IMG/VR virus record: IMGVR_UViG_3300030380_000259
Coordinates: 1-55,909 of that record
Reading direction: 5' to 3' (one strand)
Origin: a virus
Taxonomy: Duplodnaviria; Caudoviricetes
Length of the DNA stretch: 55,909 nt
Shown: positions 7,221 through 14,910 of the stretch, one piece after another
How the letters are laid out: the number at the start of each line of letters is the position of its first letter
Numbering within the stretch: the stretch's first letter is position 1
Notes under the pieces: generated by a model
What the model was told of the DNA's origin: nothing
Seen by the model: the letters and a program-made list of their open reading frames with translations, nothing else
The model's database searches: none
Made by a program: the position numbers and the translations under genes

Positions 7221-7228
7221 ACTTAACT

Positions 7229-7246
7229 AAGTCCGCTGACGGACTA
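7229..7246. repeat. 18-bp palindromic box, copy 3
   Basis: Exact copy. Confidence 0.97.
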
Positions 7247-7249
7247 ACA

Positions 7250-7430
7250 AATTGAAAGGTTTTAAAATGTAGCGAAAATCTAATGGCAAAAAAAGTGTGA
7301 GTAGGTTCGCCCCATGTGAATTGAAAGCTATGCCAAGCAAGGTGACATGGGGGCATACCGTAAAAGTCTAGGCGGTATGTAGGCAGTGATGCGACCACGT
7401 AAAAAGCCTAGCATCCTTTAACTTCGTTAC
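7250..7430 (+). ncRNA. Putative structured non-coding RNA (three adjacent stems)
   Basis: Stems CCCCATGT/ACATGGGG, GCATACCG/CGGTATGT and AGGC/GCCT; no credible ORF; lies between two boxes. Confidence 0.4.
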
Positions 7431-7431
7431 C

Positions 7432-7449
7432 AAGTCCGCTGACGGACTA
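7432..7449. repeat. 18-bp palindromic box, copy 4
   Basis: Exact copy, immediately before the RBS of 7462. Confidence 0.97.
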
Positions 7450-7461
7450 AGAGAGGACATT

Positions 7462-8088
7462 ATGAAAAAAGAATTTGAAATGGAAATTGCTATCAAGAAT
7501 ATTATCGCTATCAGACGCAAGGCAAAGCCTGAAGACGTAGCAGACGGTATCGCATGGTATGCAAAAGCATACGAGGAGTGCCGTATCATTGCTGAGAGAT
7601 TCGACTTGCCATTGCATATGGTAGTGGGTGTAGTTTCTGCTTTGTCACCCAACAATCGTTGGGCAACTAACATAATCAATGCGAGAGATGTTATCGAGAC
7701 ATGGGATTGTGGCTATGCCCCTGATACAGTTTCCGTATGTACTTACAATGCCATGAAGCTAAAAGCCTTTGCCATCTTAGATGGTGGTAGCAAAACCATT
7801 GATGAAGTAAAAGCTATCTTGAATGGCAAGAAAATTGTATGTTTCTTTGAGAATATACTAGGTGAGGACACTTGCACGATTGATGGTCATGCTCGTAACA
7901 TTGCATACAATCAACGTGTCAATCTTACAGATGCTAAAACTAGCATAGGCAAGCTAGAGTATGCCAATCTACAAGAAGCATATTTGCAAGCGTCAAAGCG
8001 TTGTAGCGTCAATGGCAGACGCTTGAAAACATACGAATTGCAAGCAATTACATGGGTCACATGGAGAAAGATGCACAATATTGCATAG
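7462..8088 (+). CDS. Conserved phage protein, distant HhH-GPD DNA-glycosylase-like fold
   Basis: WY...ALSPNNRW..N...K...F..NI...TIDGH...QAITW pattern. Confidence 0.55.
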   Translation: MKKEFEMEIAIKNIIAIRRKAKPEDVADGIAWYAKAYEECRIIAERFDLPLHMVVGVVSALSPNNRWATNIINARDVIETWDCGYAPDTVSVCTYNAMKLKAFAILDGGSKTIDEVKAILNGKKIVCFFENILGEDTCTIDGHARNIAYNQRVNLTDAKTSIGKLEYANLQEAYLQASKRCSVNGRRLKTYELQAITWVTWRKMHNIA

Positions 8089-8099
8089 GAGATTTGACA

Positions 8100-8249
8100 A
8101 TGGTGATAAGACCTGTTAATCCTGTTGCTAAAGCAATGGCACTAAGTCGTAGACGGCAACAGGTTGTTCCTAACAAGAAAAAGTATAATCGAAAAAAGGA
8201 TAAGAATTATGCAGATACGATTAGAGAAAATGAAGTCTTTAAAGACTAA
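8100..8249 (+). CDS. Small basic peptide, ArfA-like
   Basis: AGGAG RBS; NPVAKAM...RQQVVPNKKKYNRK. Confidence 0.55.
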   Translation: MVIRPVNPVAKAMALSRRRQQVVPNKKKYNRKKDKNYADTIRENEVFKD

Positions 8250-8340
8250 GCCACGCAAGTCAAAGCGTGATGAATGGAAGCGTGCGCGTCAAGCAATGCG
8301 TAAGGCAAAGAGAAATTTACAGGAGAAAATCTATGCTTAA
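8209..8340 (+). CDS. 43-aa basic peptide MQIRLEKMKSLKTKPRKSKRDEWKRARQAMRKAKRNLQEKIYA (below cutoff)
   Basis: AAGGA RBS; stop overlaps the start region of the next gene. Confidence 0.6.
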   Translation: MQIRLEKMKSLKTKPRKSKRDEWKRARQAMRKAKRNLQEKIYA

Positions 8341-8707
8341 AAATGGAATGAGAGTTCGCGTATATTGGAATTTACACAAGAATAAATATTCAGTACAAGA
8401 TGCTAAGACTAACCGAGTTGTAGCTCATGTAGGTGCTATCGCATTGCAAAACTGTAAGCTTACTATTCGTAAATCAGGACAAGAACGTGCTAGACGTGAG
8501 GGCAGGAAAAATGTGCATGCTTTTGTCACAGGTATGTTCTATACTGATGGGCGTTACAAAAACGCATGGTGGAGTGATGGAGCTAGACAAGTTTCATATA
8601 ATCCGTACAAGAATGACACGTTTATGCGTGAGAACAAACCAATTCACACGTCACCCACAATTACTATGGGTACGCATGAAGACCGTCCAAGTGTTTGGGC
8701 AATATAA
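8333..8707 (+). CDS. Conserved phage hypothetical protein (VYxNLHK...RKNVHAFV)
   Basis: AGGAG RBS before ATG 8333; recognisable phage motif. Confidence 0.8.
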   Translation: MLKNGMRVRVYWNLHKNKYSVQDAKTNRVVAHVGAIALQNCKLTIRKSGQERARREGRKNVHAFVTGMFYTDGRYKNAWWSDGARQVSYNPYKNDTFMRENKPIHTSPTITMGTHEDRPSVWAI

Positions 8708-8709
8708 CT

Positions 8710-8727
8710 AAGTCCGCTGACGGACTA
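8710..8727. repeat. 18-bp palindromic box, copy 5
   Basis: Exact copy; identity with copy 3 extends to 27 nt (8705-8731 = 7224-7250). Confidence 0.97.
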
Positions 8728-8756
8728 ACAACTAATCTCTTGAAAGGAGAATTATT

Positions 8757-9167
8757 ATGACTATACAAACTATTACTTTTCACAAGCGTTCAACAGGTAA
8801 AACAGGTCAGGTGCTTGCATCGCCACAGGTAGAAGCTAAATTAGCTAAAGTCGAAAGACTATATGCTGAGTATCATGGTGTTAAGCTAGGACGTGGCAAG
8901 CTATATGACATCGTATTGGACGCATCACGTCAAGCTAAAGAAGAGGTTGGCGGTTATTTGCAGTACACTACACAAGCCGTTGTAGGTATTGTGCTAGAAC
9001 ATATGCACAGAGAGCTTGGCAAAGCCGTAAGACGTAAGAACAGAGATACCATAGGTATTGAAGTTGGTGAATTTACTATTGTTAATCTGCGTAGTCTTGC
9101 ACGTAATACCAAAGGTAAGGTGTACGATGCCAACGGCAAGCGCGTATTGAAAGGAAAGGTGGCTTAA
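8757..9167 (+). CDS. Early hypothetical protein
   Basis: AAGGAG RBS. Confidence 0.8.
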   Translation: MTIQTITFHKRSTGKTGQVLASPQVEAKLAKVERLYAEYHGVKLGRGKLYDIVLDASRQAKEEVGGYLQYTTQAVVGIVLEHMHRELGKAVRRKNRDTIGIEVGEFTIVNLRSLARNTKGKVYDANGKRVLKGKVA

Positions 9168-9352
9168 TGATAATATACGAAGTAGGATTATCCGTTGATA
9201 ATCAAAAGGGAGTGGTGTCTGTTCAGGACACCTCTCTTGAAACATCATCATGGGAAGATGCCGTTCAGTTTGCTATAGACTTAGCACAACAAGAACATCC
9301 TAATTCCCAAGTAGAATTTGAATTTTGTAAGGAGTATGACAATGTTGCTTGA
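9167..9352 (+). CDS. Small acidic hypothetical protein
   Basis: TAATG coupling with the upstream gene. Confidence 0.7.
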   Translation: MIIYEVGLSVDNQKGVVSVQDTSLETSSWEDAVQFAIDLAQQEHPNSQVEFEFCKEYDNVA

Positions 9353-9767
9353 AACTGCATTTGTATGCCTTGCCATGAACGTGTATCACGAAGCACGTAA
9401 CCAATCTTTTATTGGGCAAGTGGCAGTAGCACAAGTGGTTATGAACAGAGTATATGATAATCGCTTTCCAGATAGTGTATGTGAGGTAGTCACACAAGGA
9501 CAGACATACTCATGGAAGCCAGATATTCCTATCAGGAATAGATGCCACTTCTCATGGTATTGTGACGGCAAGAGTGACAAGCCACGTGATGCGGAAGCAT
9601 GGGAGATGTCTAAACTAGTGGCATCAGGTGTGTTGTTTGGACACCTAGACGATTTCGTTGAGGGTTCAACACACTACCATGCGACATACATAGTGCCTGA
9701 GTGGGCAGAAACTAAACAGTACATTGTACGAATAGATGACCACGTATTTTACAGATGGGAGTATTAA
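9342..9767 (+). CDS. Cell wall hydrolase, SleB/Hydrolase_2 family
   Basis: CLAMNVYHEAR, AVAQVVMNRV, FSWYCDG and HVFY motifs. Confidence 0.92.
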   Translation: MLLETAFVCLAMNVYHEARNQSFIGQVAVAQVVMNRVYDNRFPDSVCEVVTQGQTYSWKPDIPIRNRCHFSWYCDGKSDKPRDAEAWEMSKLVASGVLFGHLDDFVEGSTHYHATYIVPEWAETKQYIVRIDDHVFYRWEY

Positions 9768-9769
9768 TT

Positions 9770-10012
9770 ATGCAACATCCAATATCACGTTACATGATGG
9801 CATCCTACGCATACTACGTAGAGGATGACCCGATACTAAGTGACGCAATGTTTGACCAATGTGCTAAGAATATCTTAGAGCATTGGGATACACTTGACCA
9901 TCCACACAAACATCTGCTATCAAAGGATATGCTAGAAGCAGGTACTTATCTAGGTAAGTATCCAGAGATAGTTAAAAATGCAGTAGCACATTACAGGAGA
10001 GAGAACACATGA
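9770..10012 (+). CDS. Stand-alone NAD-dependent DNA ligase subdomain Ia-like protein
   Basis: YAYYVEDDPILSDAMFD matches LigA Ia YYxxDxPxxSDAxYD. Confidence 0.7.
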   Translation: MQHPISRYMMASYAYYVEDDPILSDAMFDQCAKNILEHWDTLDHPHKHLLSKDMLEAGTYLGKYPEIVKNAVAHYRRENT

Positions 10013-11106
10013 ATGTATTAAGTTTATTTGATGGGAGTGCTTGCACTCGTGTTGCCTTAGACAAACTAGGTATACCAGTTACCAAGTACTATGCGTCAGA
10101 GGTAGACAAGTATGCTATCAAGGTAGCGATGGCAAACTATCCTGACATAGCACAGTTAGGTGACGTTAAGGATGTAGGCATAGCTTTCAAGGAAGGTGAT
10201 ATTGACTTGCTTGTAGGTGGTTCACCATGTCAAGGCTTTAGCTTTGCAGGTAAGCAGTTAAACTTTGATGACCCACGCAGTAAGCTATTCTGGGAATATG
10301 TCAGAGTCTTACGCAAACTCAAGCCCAAGTATTTCTTGCTTGAGAATGTACGCATGAAGCAAGAGTATCAGGACGTTATCTCTGATGCGCTAGGTGTACA
10401 ACCTATCGCTATCAACAGTAGGCTAATGTCTGCACAGAACAGATACAGATTGTATTGGACAAACATACCCAATGTCACACAACCAGAGGACAAAGGCATT
10501 GTGCTACAAGATGTCCTTGAGGATGGGTTTGCTGACAGAGAGAAGTCACATTGCCTTGATGCCAACTACTTCAAGGGTGGCAATCTCAAGACATACTTTA
10601 CCAAGCATCGTAGACAGTTAGTATTTAGTAGCGATGGCTTGTGTCATGTTGCTGACGCTGACCTCAATGGCAACGATAGCATCAAGCGTGTCTATCACCC
10701 ACTAGGTAAAGCACCTACGCTTACTACAGGTACAGGTGGCAACCATGAACCCAAGGTATTGTGTGGTGCATGGCGAGGTAGGTACACAGTCGATGGCGTA
10801 CGTCAAGACCACAAGCATAGTGTCAGAGGTATGACAGAGCAACGTCTAGAGGTACGGCTTGACGGCAAGACTAACAGTCTGACTACAGTACAGAAAGACA
10901 ATGTGGCAGTTCACTTTGACCACGATTGGAATGATACGAGTGTGTTTGACTTACAATGGCGCAAGCTGACACCGATTGAGTGCGAGAGATTACAGACATT
11001 GCCAGACAACTACACCAACCATGTGTCCAACACGCAACGATACAAGATGCTAGGCAATGGCTTTACAGTTGACGTGATAGCACATATACTGAAAGGAATT
11101 AAGTGA
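10009..11106 (+). CDS. DNA (cytosine-5) methyltransferase
   Basis: Motif I LSLFDG, IV GGSPCQGFS, VI ENV, VIII QNRxR, IX RKLTPIECERLQ and X GNG. Confidence 0.95.
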   Translation: MNVLSLFDGSACTRVALDKLGIPVTKYYASEVDKYAIKVAMANYPDIAQLGDVKDVGIAFKEGDIDLLVGGSPCQGFSFAGKQLNFDDPRSKLFWEYVRVLRKLKPKYFLLENVRMKQEYQDVISDALGVQPIAINSRLMSAQNRYRLYWTNIPNVTQPEDKGIVLQDVLEDGFADREKSHCLDANYFKGGNLKTYFTKHRRQLVFSSDGLCHVADADLNGNDSIKRVYHPLGKAPTLTTGTGGNHEPKVLCGAWRGRYTVDGVRQDHKHSVRGMTEQRLEVRLDGKTNSLTTVQKDNVAVHFDHDWNDTSVFDLQWRKLTPIECERLQTLPDNYTNHVSNTQRYKMLGNGFTVDVIAHILKGIK

Positions 11107-11294
11107 TGTATTCAAAAACACTACCATCAGAAAAGCATGAAACAAAAGTATGTAGTCTAACTGTGAGTGATTTACTTCAGATGAGTAATGATGGTTTAAT
11201 AAACTGTCCCGATGTTGACGAAGTATATTATCATTTGTTAGACTCTGTAAGAGTACGAGAGTATCTAAAGACAAAGGAGTTAAACCATGAATAG
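11103..11294 (+). CDS. Hypothetical protein
   Basis: AAGGA RBS; operon packing. Confidence 0.6.
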   Translation: MMYSKTLPSEKHETKVCSLTVSDLLQMSNDGLINCPDVDEVYYHLLDSVRVREYLKTKELNHE

Positions 11295-11538
11295 AAAACT
11301 AAATTTAAGTCGCTACCAGTTTGCGGAGATTCCTAATGACGAAGAGGGTCTAGCATTTGTAAAGCAACTCAAAACGTATCTTAACAAAGACCGATATAAA
11401 ATAGTGGTTAAGGGTCAACACATGAATGATGAAGCAAAAGCTAACTGGCGAAAGTATGTACGTGGGCAACCTATCTCTCTCTCTACTCATTTGAGGGTAT
11501 ACGTTAATGAAAAAAAGGAGTTAAATTATGGAACATAA
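11287..11538 (+). CDS. Hypothetical protein
   Basis: AAGGAG RBS. Confidence 0.75.
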   Translation: MNRKLNLSRYQFAEIPNDEEGLAFVKQLKTYLNKDRYKIVVKGQHMNDEAKANWRKYVRGQPISLSTHLRVYVNEKKELNYGT

Positions 11539-11728
11539 AAACATACCGACTAATATACTTGATGAACATATAAAGAAACACAAAGTATTAGAAGCATTTA
11601 AAGATGGGGTAGCAGATGCTTGCTTGCGAGGCATAAGAGATGATGAACAATCACACGCTTACTATAAGCAAGGCTACGACTTTGGCATGACACTATACGC
11701 AGACATGATAGAGAAGACAATAGTATGA
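11528..11728 (+). CDS. Hypothetical protein (YYKQGYDFG motif)
   Basis: AAGGAG RBS. Confidence 0.7.
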   Translation: MEHKNIPTNILDEHIKKHKVLEAFKDGVADACLRGIRDDEQSHAYYKQGYDFGMTLYADMIEKTIV

Positions 11729-11922
11729 CGGAGTTGTTTGTATTAGTAATAACTATGTGGGGAAATGATGGTTCACAATGGTTGTACATAGGTAATCAAA
11801 TAGTATTACAACAACCCATGTCACAAGAGGCATGTGAGTATATGGCAAACATGTGGGAATCATTTTATGATAATGAGTATTATAAGATGGTTATAAAATG
11901 CCACTTAGCAGGAGATATCTAA
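11725..11922 (+). CDS. Hypothetical protein
   Basis: ATGA overlap with the upstream gene. Confidence 0.65.
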   Translation: MTELFVLVITMWGNDGSQWLYIGNQIVLQQPMSQEACEYMANMWESFYDNEYYKMVIKCHLAGDI

Positions 11923-12089
11923 TGAACAGATTAGAAGAATGGATAAAAAAATTACTAACATTTTGGATGAATAAAGACGAGATGACAGACCCATCTATGG
12001 ACAACGTACTTAGGTTTGTTATCATGTCGGTGTTTGCCATTGGATTTTACATGACTGTAGTAGCATTTTGGGAGAAGTTTTTATGGTAA
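11922..12089 (+). CDS. Small membrane protein
   Basis: AGGAG RBS, TAATG coupling, one TM segment. Confidence 0.65.
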   Translation: MNRLEEWIKKLLTFWMNKDEMTDPSMDNVLRFVIMSVFAIGFYMTVVAFWEKFLW

Positions 12090-12364
12090 AAGTATATAAT
12101 TTAATTATGGATAGTGCAAAGAACCCACTATCTAACATACCTGATATAAATACTAGGCACATGATAATGCAAATATTAGCTTGGATGTGGTGTATTATAT
12201 TCAGTATGTATCTAGGTTCTATTGTTGCCTTTGGTATTAGTGCAATCATACACACACTATTACTAGCAGGTATCTTTATAACTATGGCTATGTTTGAAAC
12301 TGCCAAGCGTAGACCACAATACTTTGGTGGACTTGGCAGAGGTAATGGAGGTGAGCATGAATAG
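12083..12364 (+). CDS. Conserved marine-phage membrane protein (NPLSNIPD...MQILAWMWC)
   Basis: GGAG RBS; two TM segments. Confidence 0.75.
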   Translation: MVKVYNLIMDSAKNPLSNIPDINTRHMIMQILAWMWCIIFSMYLGSIVAFGISAIIHTLLLAGIFITMAMFETAKRRPQYFGGLGRGNGGEHE

Positions 12365-12866
12365 ATTTCTTATAGAACAAGATGTAGAAGCCATATCTAA
12401 ATCACTATGTGACCAACATATTGTGAAGATGCCATTGGAAGAAGCACAGATGCTATGCACTAGCCTATGGCATCATGCACCAGAGTATGCAGAGGAGCAT
12501 GATTTGTACAAGCCTGTACATCAGAAGCATCCATGTACCTTGTGGGCGATGGAGAACAAAGCTAACTATGCTTTTGCTTGGTTGCTCTATCGTAGTATGC
12601 TGAACGAATACACATACAGGTATGGCAAAGTTCATGGTGCGAGTAAGCATAGCTTTGCTTTGTTCAAAGGTATTAGTCTAATACCACAGGGTGACATGAC
12701 ACCTCACCCACAATGCTTTAGTGGACACGATGACTGTAAGACAGACGAAGACTACCCGATAGAAGCCTATCGTGCCTTCTATAGGATTGACAAGTTGAGC
12801 TTTGCACGATATAATCGAGGACGTAATATGCCACAATGGATGAAAGGAGATATAACATGCCATTAG
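12357..12866 (+). CDS. Pyrimidine-dimer DNA glycosylase / endonuclease V-like protein
   Basis: MNxF...CDQHIVKMPLEEAQML...HPCTLW; GGAGG RBS. Confidence 0.75.
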   Translation: MNRFLIEQDVEAISKSLCDQHIVKMPLEEAQMLCTSLWHHAPEYAEEHDLYKPVHQKHPCTLWAMENKANYAFAWLLYRSMLNEYTYRYGKVHGASKHSFALFKGISLIPQGDMTPHPQCFSGHDDCKTDEDYPIEAYRAFYRIDKLSFARYNRGRNMPQWMKGDITCH

Positions 12867-13690
12867 ATATGATACCAGAAAACCTAGACTTTGATGTAAT
12901 CTTTGAACCTACAAAGGTTGATGACAAGAAGTATGTCATTGACGGCAACACAGGCAAGTACATTGCCGTAGTTGGTAAAGACTTTAACTGTGCATCACAT
13001 GGAAACTTCTTCCGTGATGTAAGCAATGCCGTTACGAATCACTTGACAGATGAGGAGTACGAAGGTGCGAAAGTCAGTTGGAAAGACGCACACCATAATG
13101 GGTGGGCTATGATGGACATGGTGTTGCCCAATGTGACGGCTAAGATACACACCGACAAGCATCAGACAGAGATAGCACAACGTATCATTGCTCTGCATGG
13201 TGTGGATGGCACGTGTTCTAACACAGTTCTGTTCGGTGCTATCGATTTCTTCTGCACCAATGGACAGATACGTGGTGAGCATGACAAGGTAAGGCGCAAG
13301 AATACCAGTGGTTTCAGCCTTGACAGATTCATTACACAGTTAGAGCGTAGCAAGCAAGACTTTTACGCACAGTCTGCTACCTTACAGAGTTGGGCAAACA
13401 AATCTCTTGAATATAATAATGTTAGAGATATGTTACACTCACTCTTAAAGTCTGAGAAGACAGGTGACAAGATGCTAGGACTGTATGCAGAGGAAGCAAG
13501 TGTAAGAGGACACAACGCTTGGGCTTTGTACTCTGCCTTCACTAACTATGCAAGCTATGCAGACGAGCGCAACGGATTCAAGCTACGCAACACAGGCTAC
13601 GATACGAAAGCAGTATCGATGTTTGCTCGTGAGCAAGAGGTGTCCAAGTGGATTGATAGCAAGCAGTTTAAAGAATTACTAGTAGCATAA
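12857..13690 (+). CDS. DUF932-family protein
   Basis: HGVDGT, FFCTNG and NAWALYSAFTNY motifs. Confidence 0.75.
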   Translation: MPLDMIPENLDFDVIFEPTKVDDKKYVIDGNTGKYIAVVGKDFNCASHGNFFRDVSNAVTNHLTDEEYEGAKVSWKDAHHNGWAMMDMVLPNVTAKIHTDKHQTEIAQRIIALHGVDGTCSNTVLFGAIDFFCTNGQIRGEHDKVRRKNTSGFSLDRFITQLERSKQDFYAQSATLQSWANKSLEYNNVRDMLHSLLKSEKTGDKMLGLYAEEASVRGHNAWALYSAFTNYASYADERNGFKLRNTGYDTKAVSMFAREQEVSKWIDSKQFKELLVA

Positions 13691-13701
13691 GGAATTATAC
13701 A

Positions 13702-14019
13702 ATGAAAAATCAAAACGCATATAAAATGGCTAGAACGACAGACCCAGAGACAAGTCACAAGGCAGCCAAAAATATAGAACCAACACGTTTAGAGAGTGTT
13801 GTATTGGATGCCATACGACACTTTGGAGAATCAGGAGCTACTATGGATGAAGTAGATGAAGCACTGCCTAACATCAGAAGTGCTAGTATATCTCCAAGAT
13901 TTAAACCTTTGCTAGATAAAGGTTATGTCATAGGAGATGGTAGGACACGTAAAGCTCTCTATTCTAATAAACAACAGAGGATACTTTGGGCGGTAGAATT
14001 TTACAATGAAAACAGTTAA
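13702..14019 (+). CDS. Winged-HTH DNA-binding protein
   Basis: ARTTDPETSHKAA N-terminus; GATxDE...SISPRFKPL..KG wHTH pattern. Confidence 0.7.
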   Translation: MKNQNAYKMARTTDPETSHKAAKNIEPTRLESVVLDAIRHFGESGATMDEVDEALPNIRSASISPRFKPLLDKGYVIGDGRTRKALYSNKQQRILWAVEFYNENS

Positions 14020-14884
14020 CCACTTAGTTGACAGATACTATTCATCTAATGATTTCAGTATGTTAAGAGACAAGTCTAAAGCAGACTATAAATATTTCTT
14101 AGGCATAATGACTGACAAATTTGGTGATATAAAGTATGATAAGCTGACGAGTAAGGAAGCTAAACACGCATACGAAGAGTGGGTTGAGCGAGGCATTAGC
14201 TTCGCCAACCACATCTGTACTGTGTCATCCATCGTGTATCGCTATGCTATTGACATGGAGTATGCGACAATAAATCCTTTCTCTAATGTCAAGCGTAAGA
14301 CACCTATTCAACGTAAGGTTGTATGGACAGAGACAGATGTTACCAACTTTCTTGACACCGCTTATTCACAGTTTGAGTGGCGTAGCCTTGGGTTAATTGT
14401 ACATATGGCATACGAATGGTGTCAGAGATTGGGTGACATGAGGCTATTGACGTGGGATAATCTTGACTTGCCAGACAAAAAGCTATATCTGGAGCAGTCA
14501 AAGCGTAGAGCAGAGGTAACTTTGCCTATCGAAGATGACTTACACTCCATGTTGATACAACAACAGGAAGACTTCGGCTTTCAACAGTACGTTGCTCCTC
14601 GTATAAAGCCCGTACAGGGCGAGTACCAACCATATAGCATAGATAGACTAGGAAAAGCCGCACGTGTCGTTATGCGTGAAGCAGGACTGTCTGATGAGCT
14701 ACGTCTTATGGACTTACGAAGGACAGGAACAACACAAATGGTGGAAGCTGGTGTCGGTATGGCACAAATAATGTCGGTTACAGGACACAGTAACCCACAG
14801 TCAGTCAAACCATACATGAAAAATACTTACGAGAGTGCAAATTATGCCTTGACCGCACGTAAATCTCGTGGTAAAAGCAGTTAA
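14006..14884 (+). CDS. int: Tyrosine recombinase / integrase
   Basis: QRLGD (R), QSKR (K), DLRRT (R), TGH and Y catalytic pattern. Confidence 0.92.
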   Translation: MKTVNHLVDRYYSSNDFSMLRDKSKADYKYFLGIMTDKFGDIKYDKLTSKEAKHAYEEWVERGISFANHICTVSSIVYRYAIDMEYATINPFSNVKRKTPIQRKVVWTETDVTNFLDTAYSQFEWRSLGLIVHMAYEWCQRLGDMRLLTWDNLDLPDKKLYLEQSKRRAEVTLPIEDDLHSMLIQQQEDFGFQQYVAPRIKPVQGEYQPYSIDRLGKAARVVMREAGLSDELRLMDLRRTGTTQMVEAGVGMAQIMSVTGHSNPQSVKPYMKNTYESANYALTARKSRGKSS

Positions 14885-14910
14885 CTGCCCAACAGAAAGG
14901 TGATATATAC

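Noticed and set aside
7250-7430. tRNA or hammerhead ribozyme
   Set aside because: No cloverleaf or T-loop consensus, and no CUGANGA/GAAA core in the right geometry. I found no tRNA gene anywhere in the window.
6004-8727. CRISPR or mini-CRISPR array from the 18-bp repeats
   Set aside because: Start-to-start spacing is 710, 515, 203 and 1278 bp with genes in between; the repeat is too short; no cas genes.
6004-8727. TIGR-like guide array (CTGA resembles box D)
   Set aside because: No tandem ~36-nt periodicity and no recognisable Nop-domain protein.
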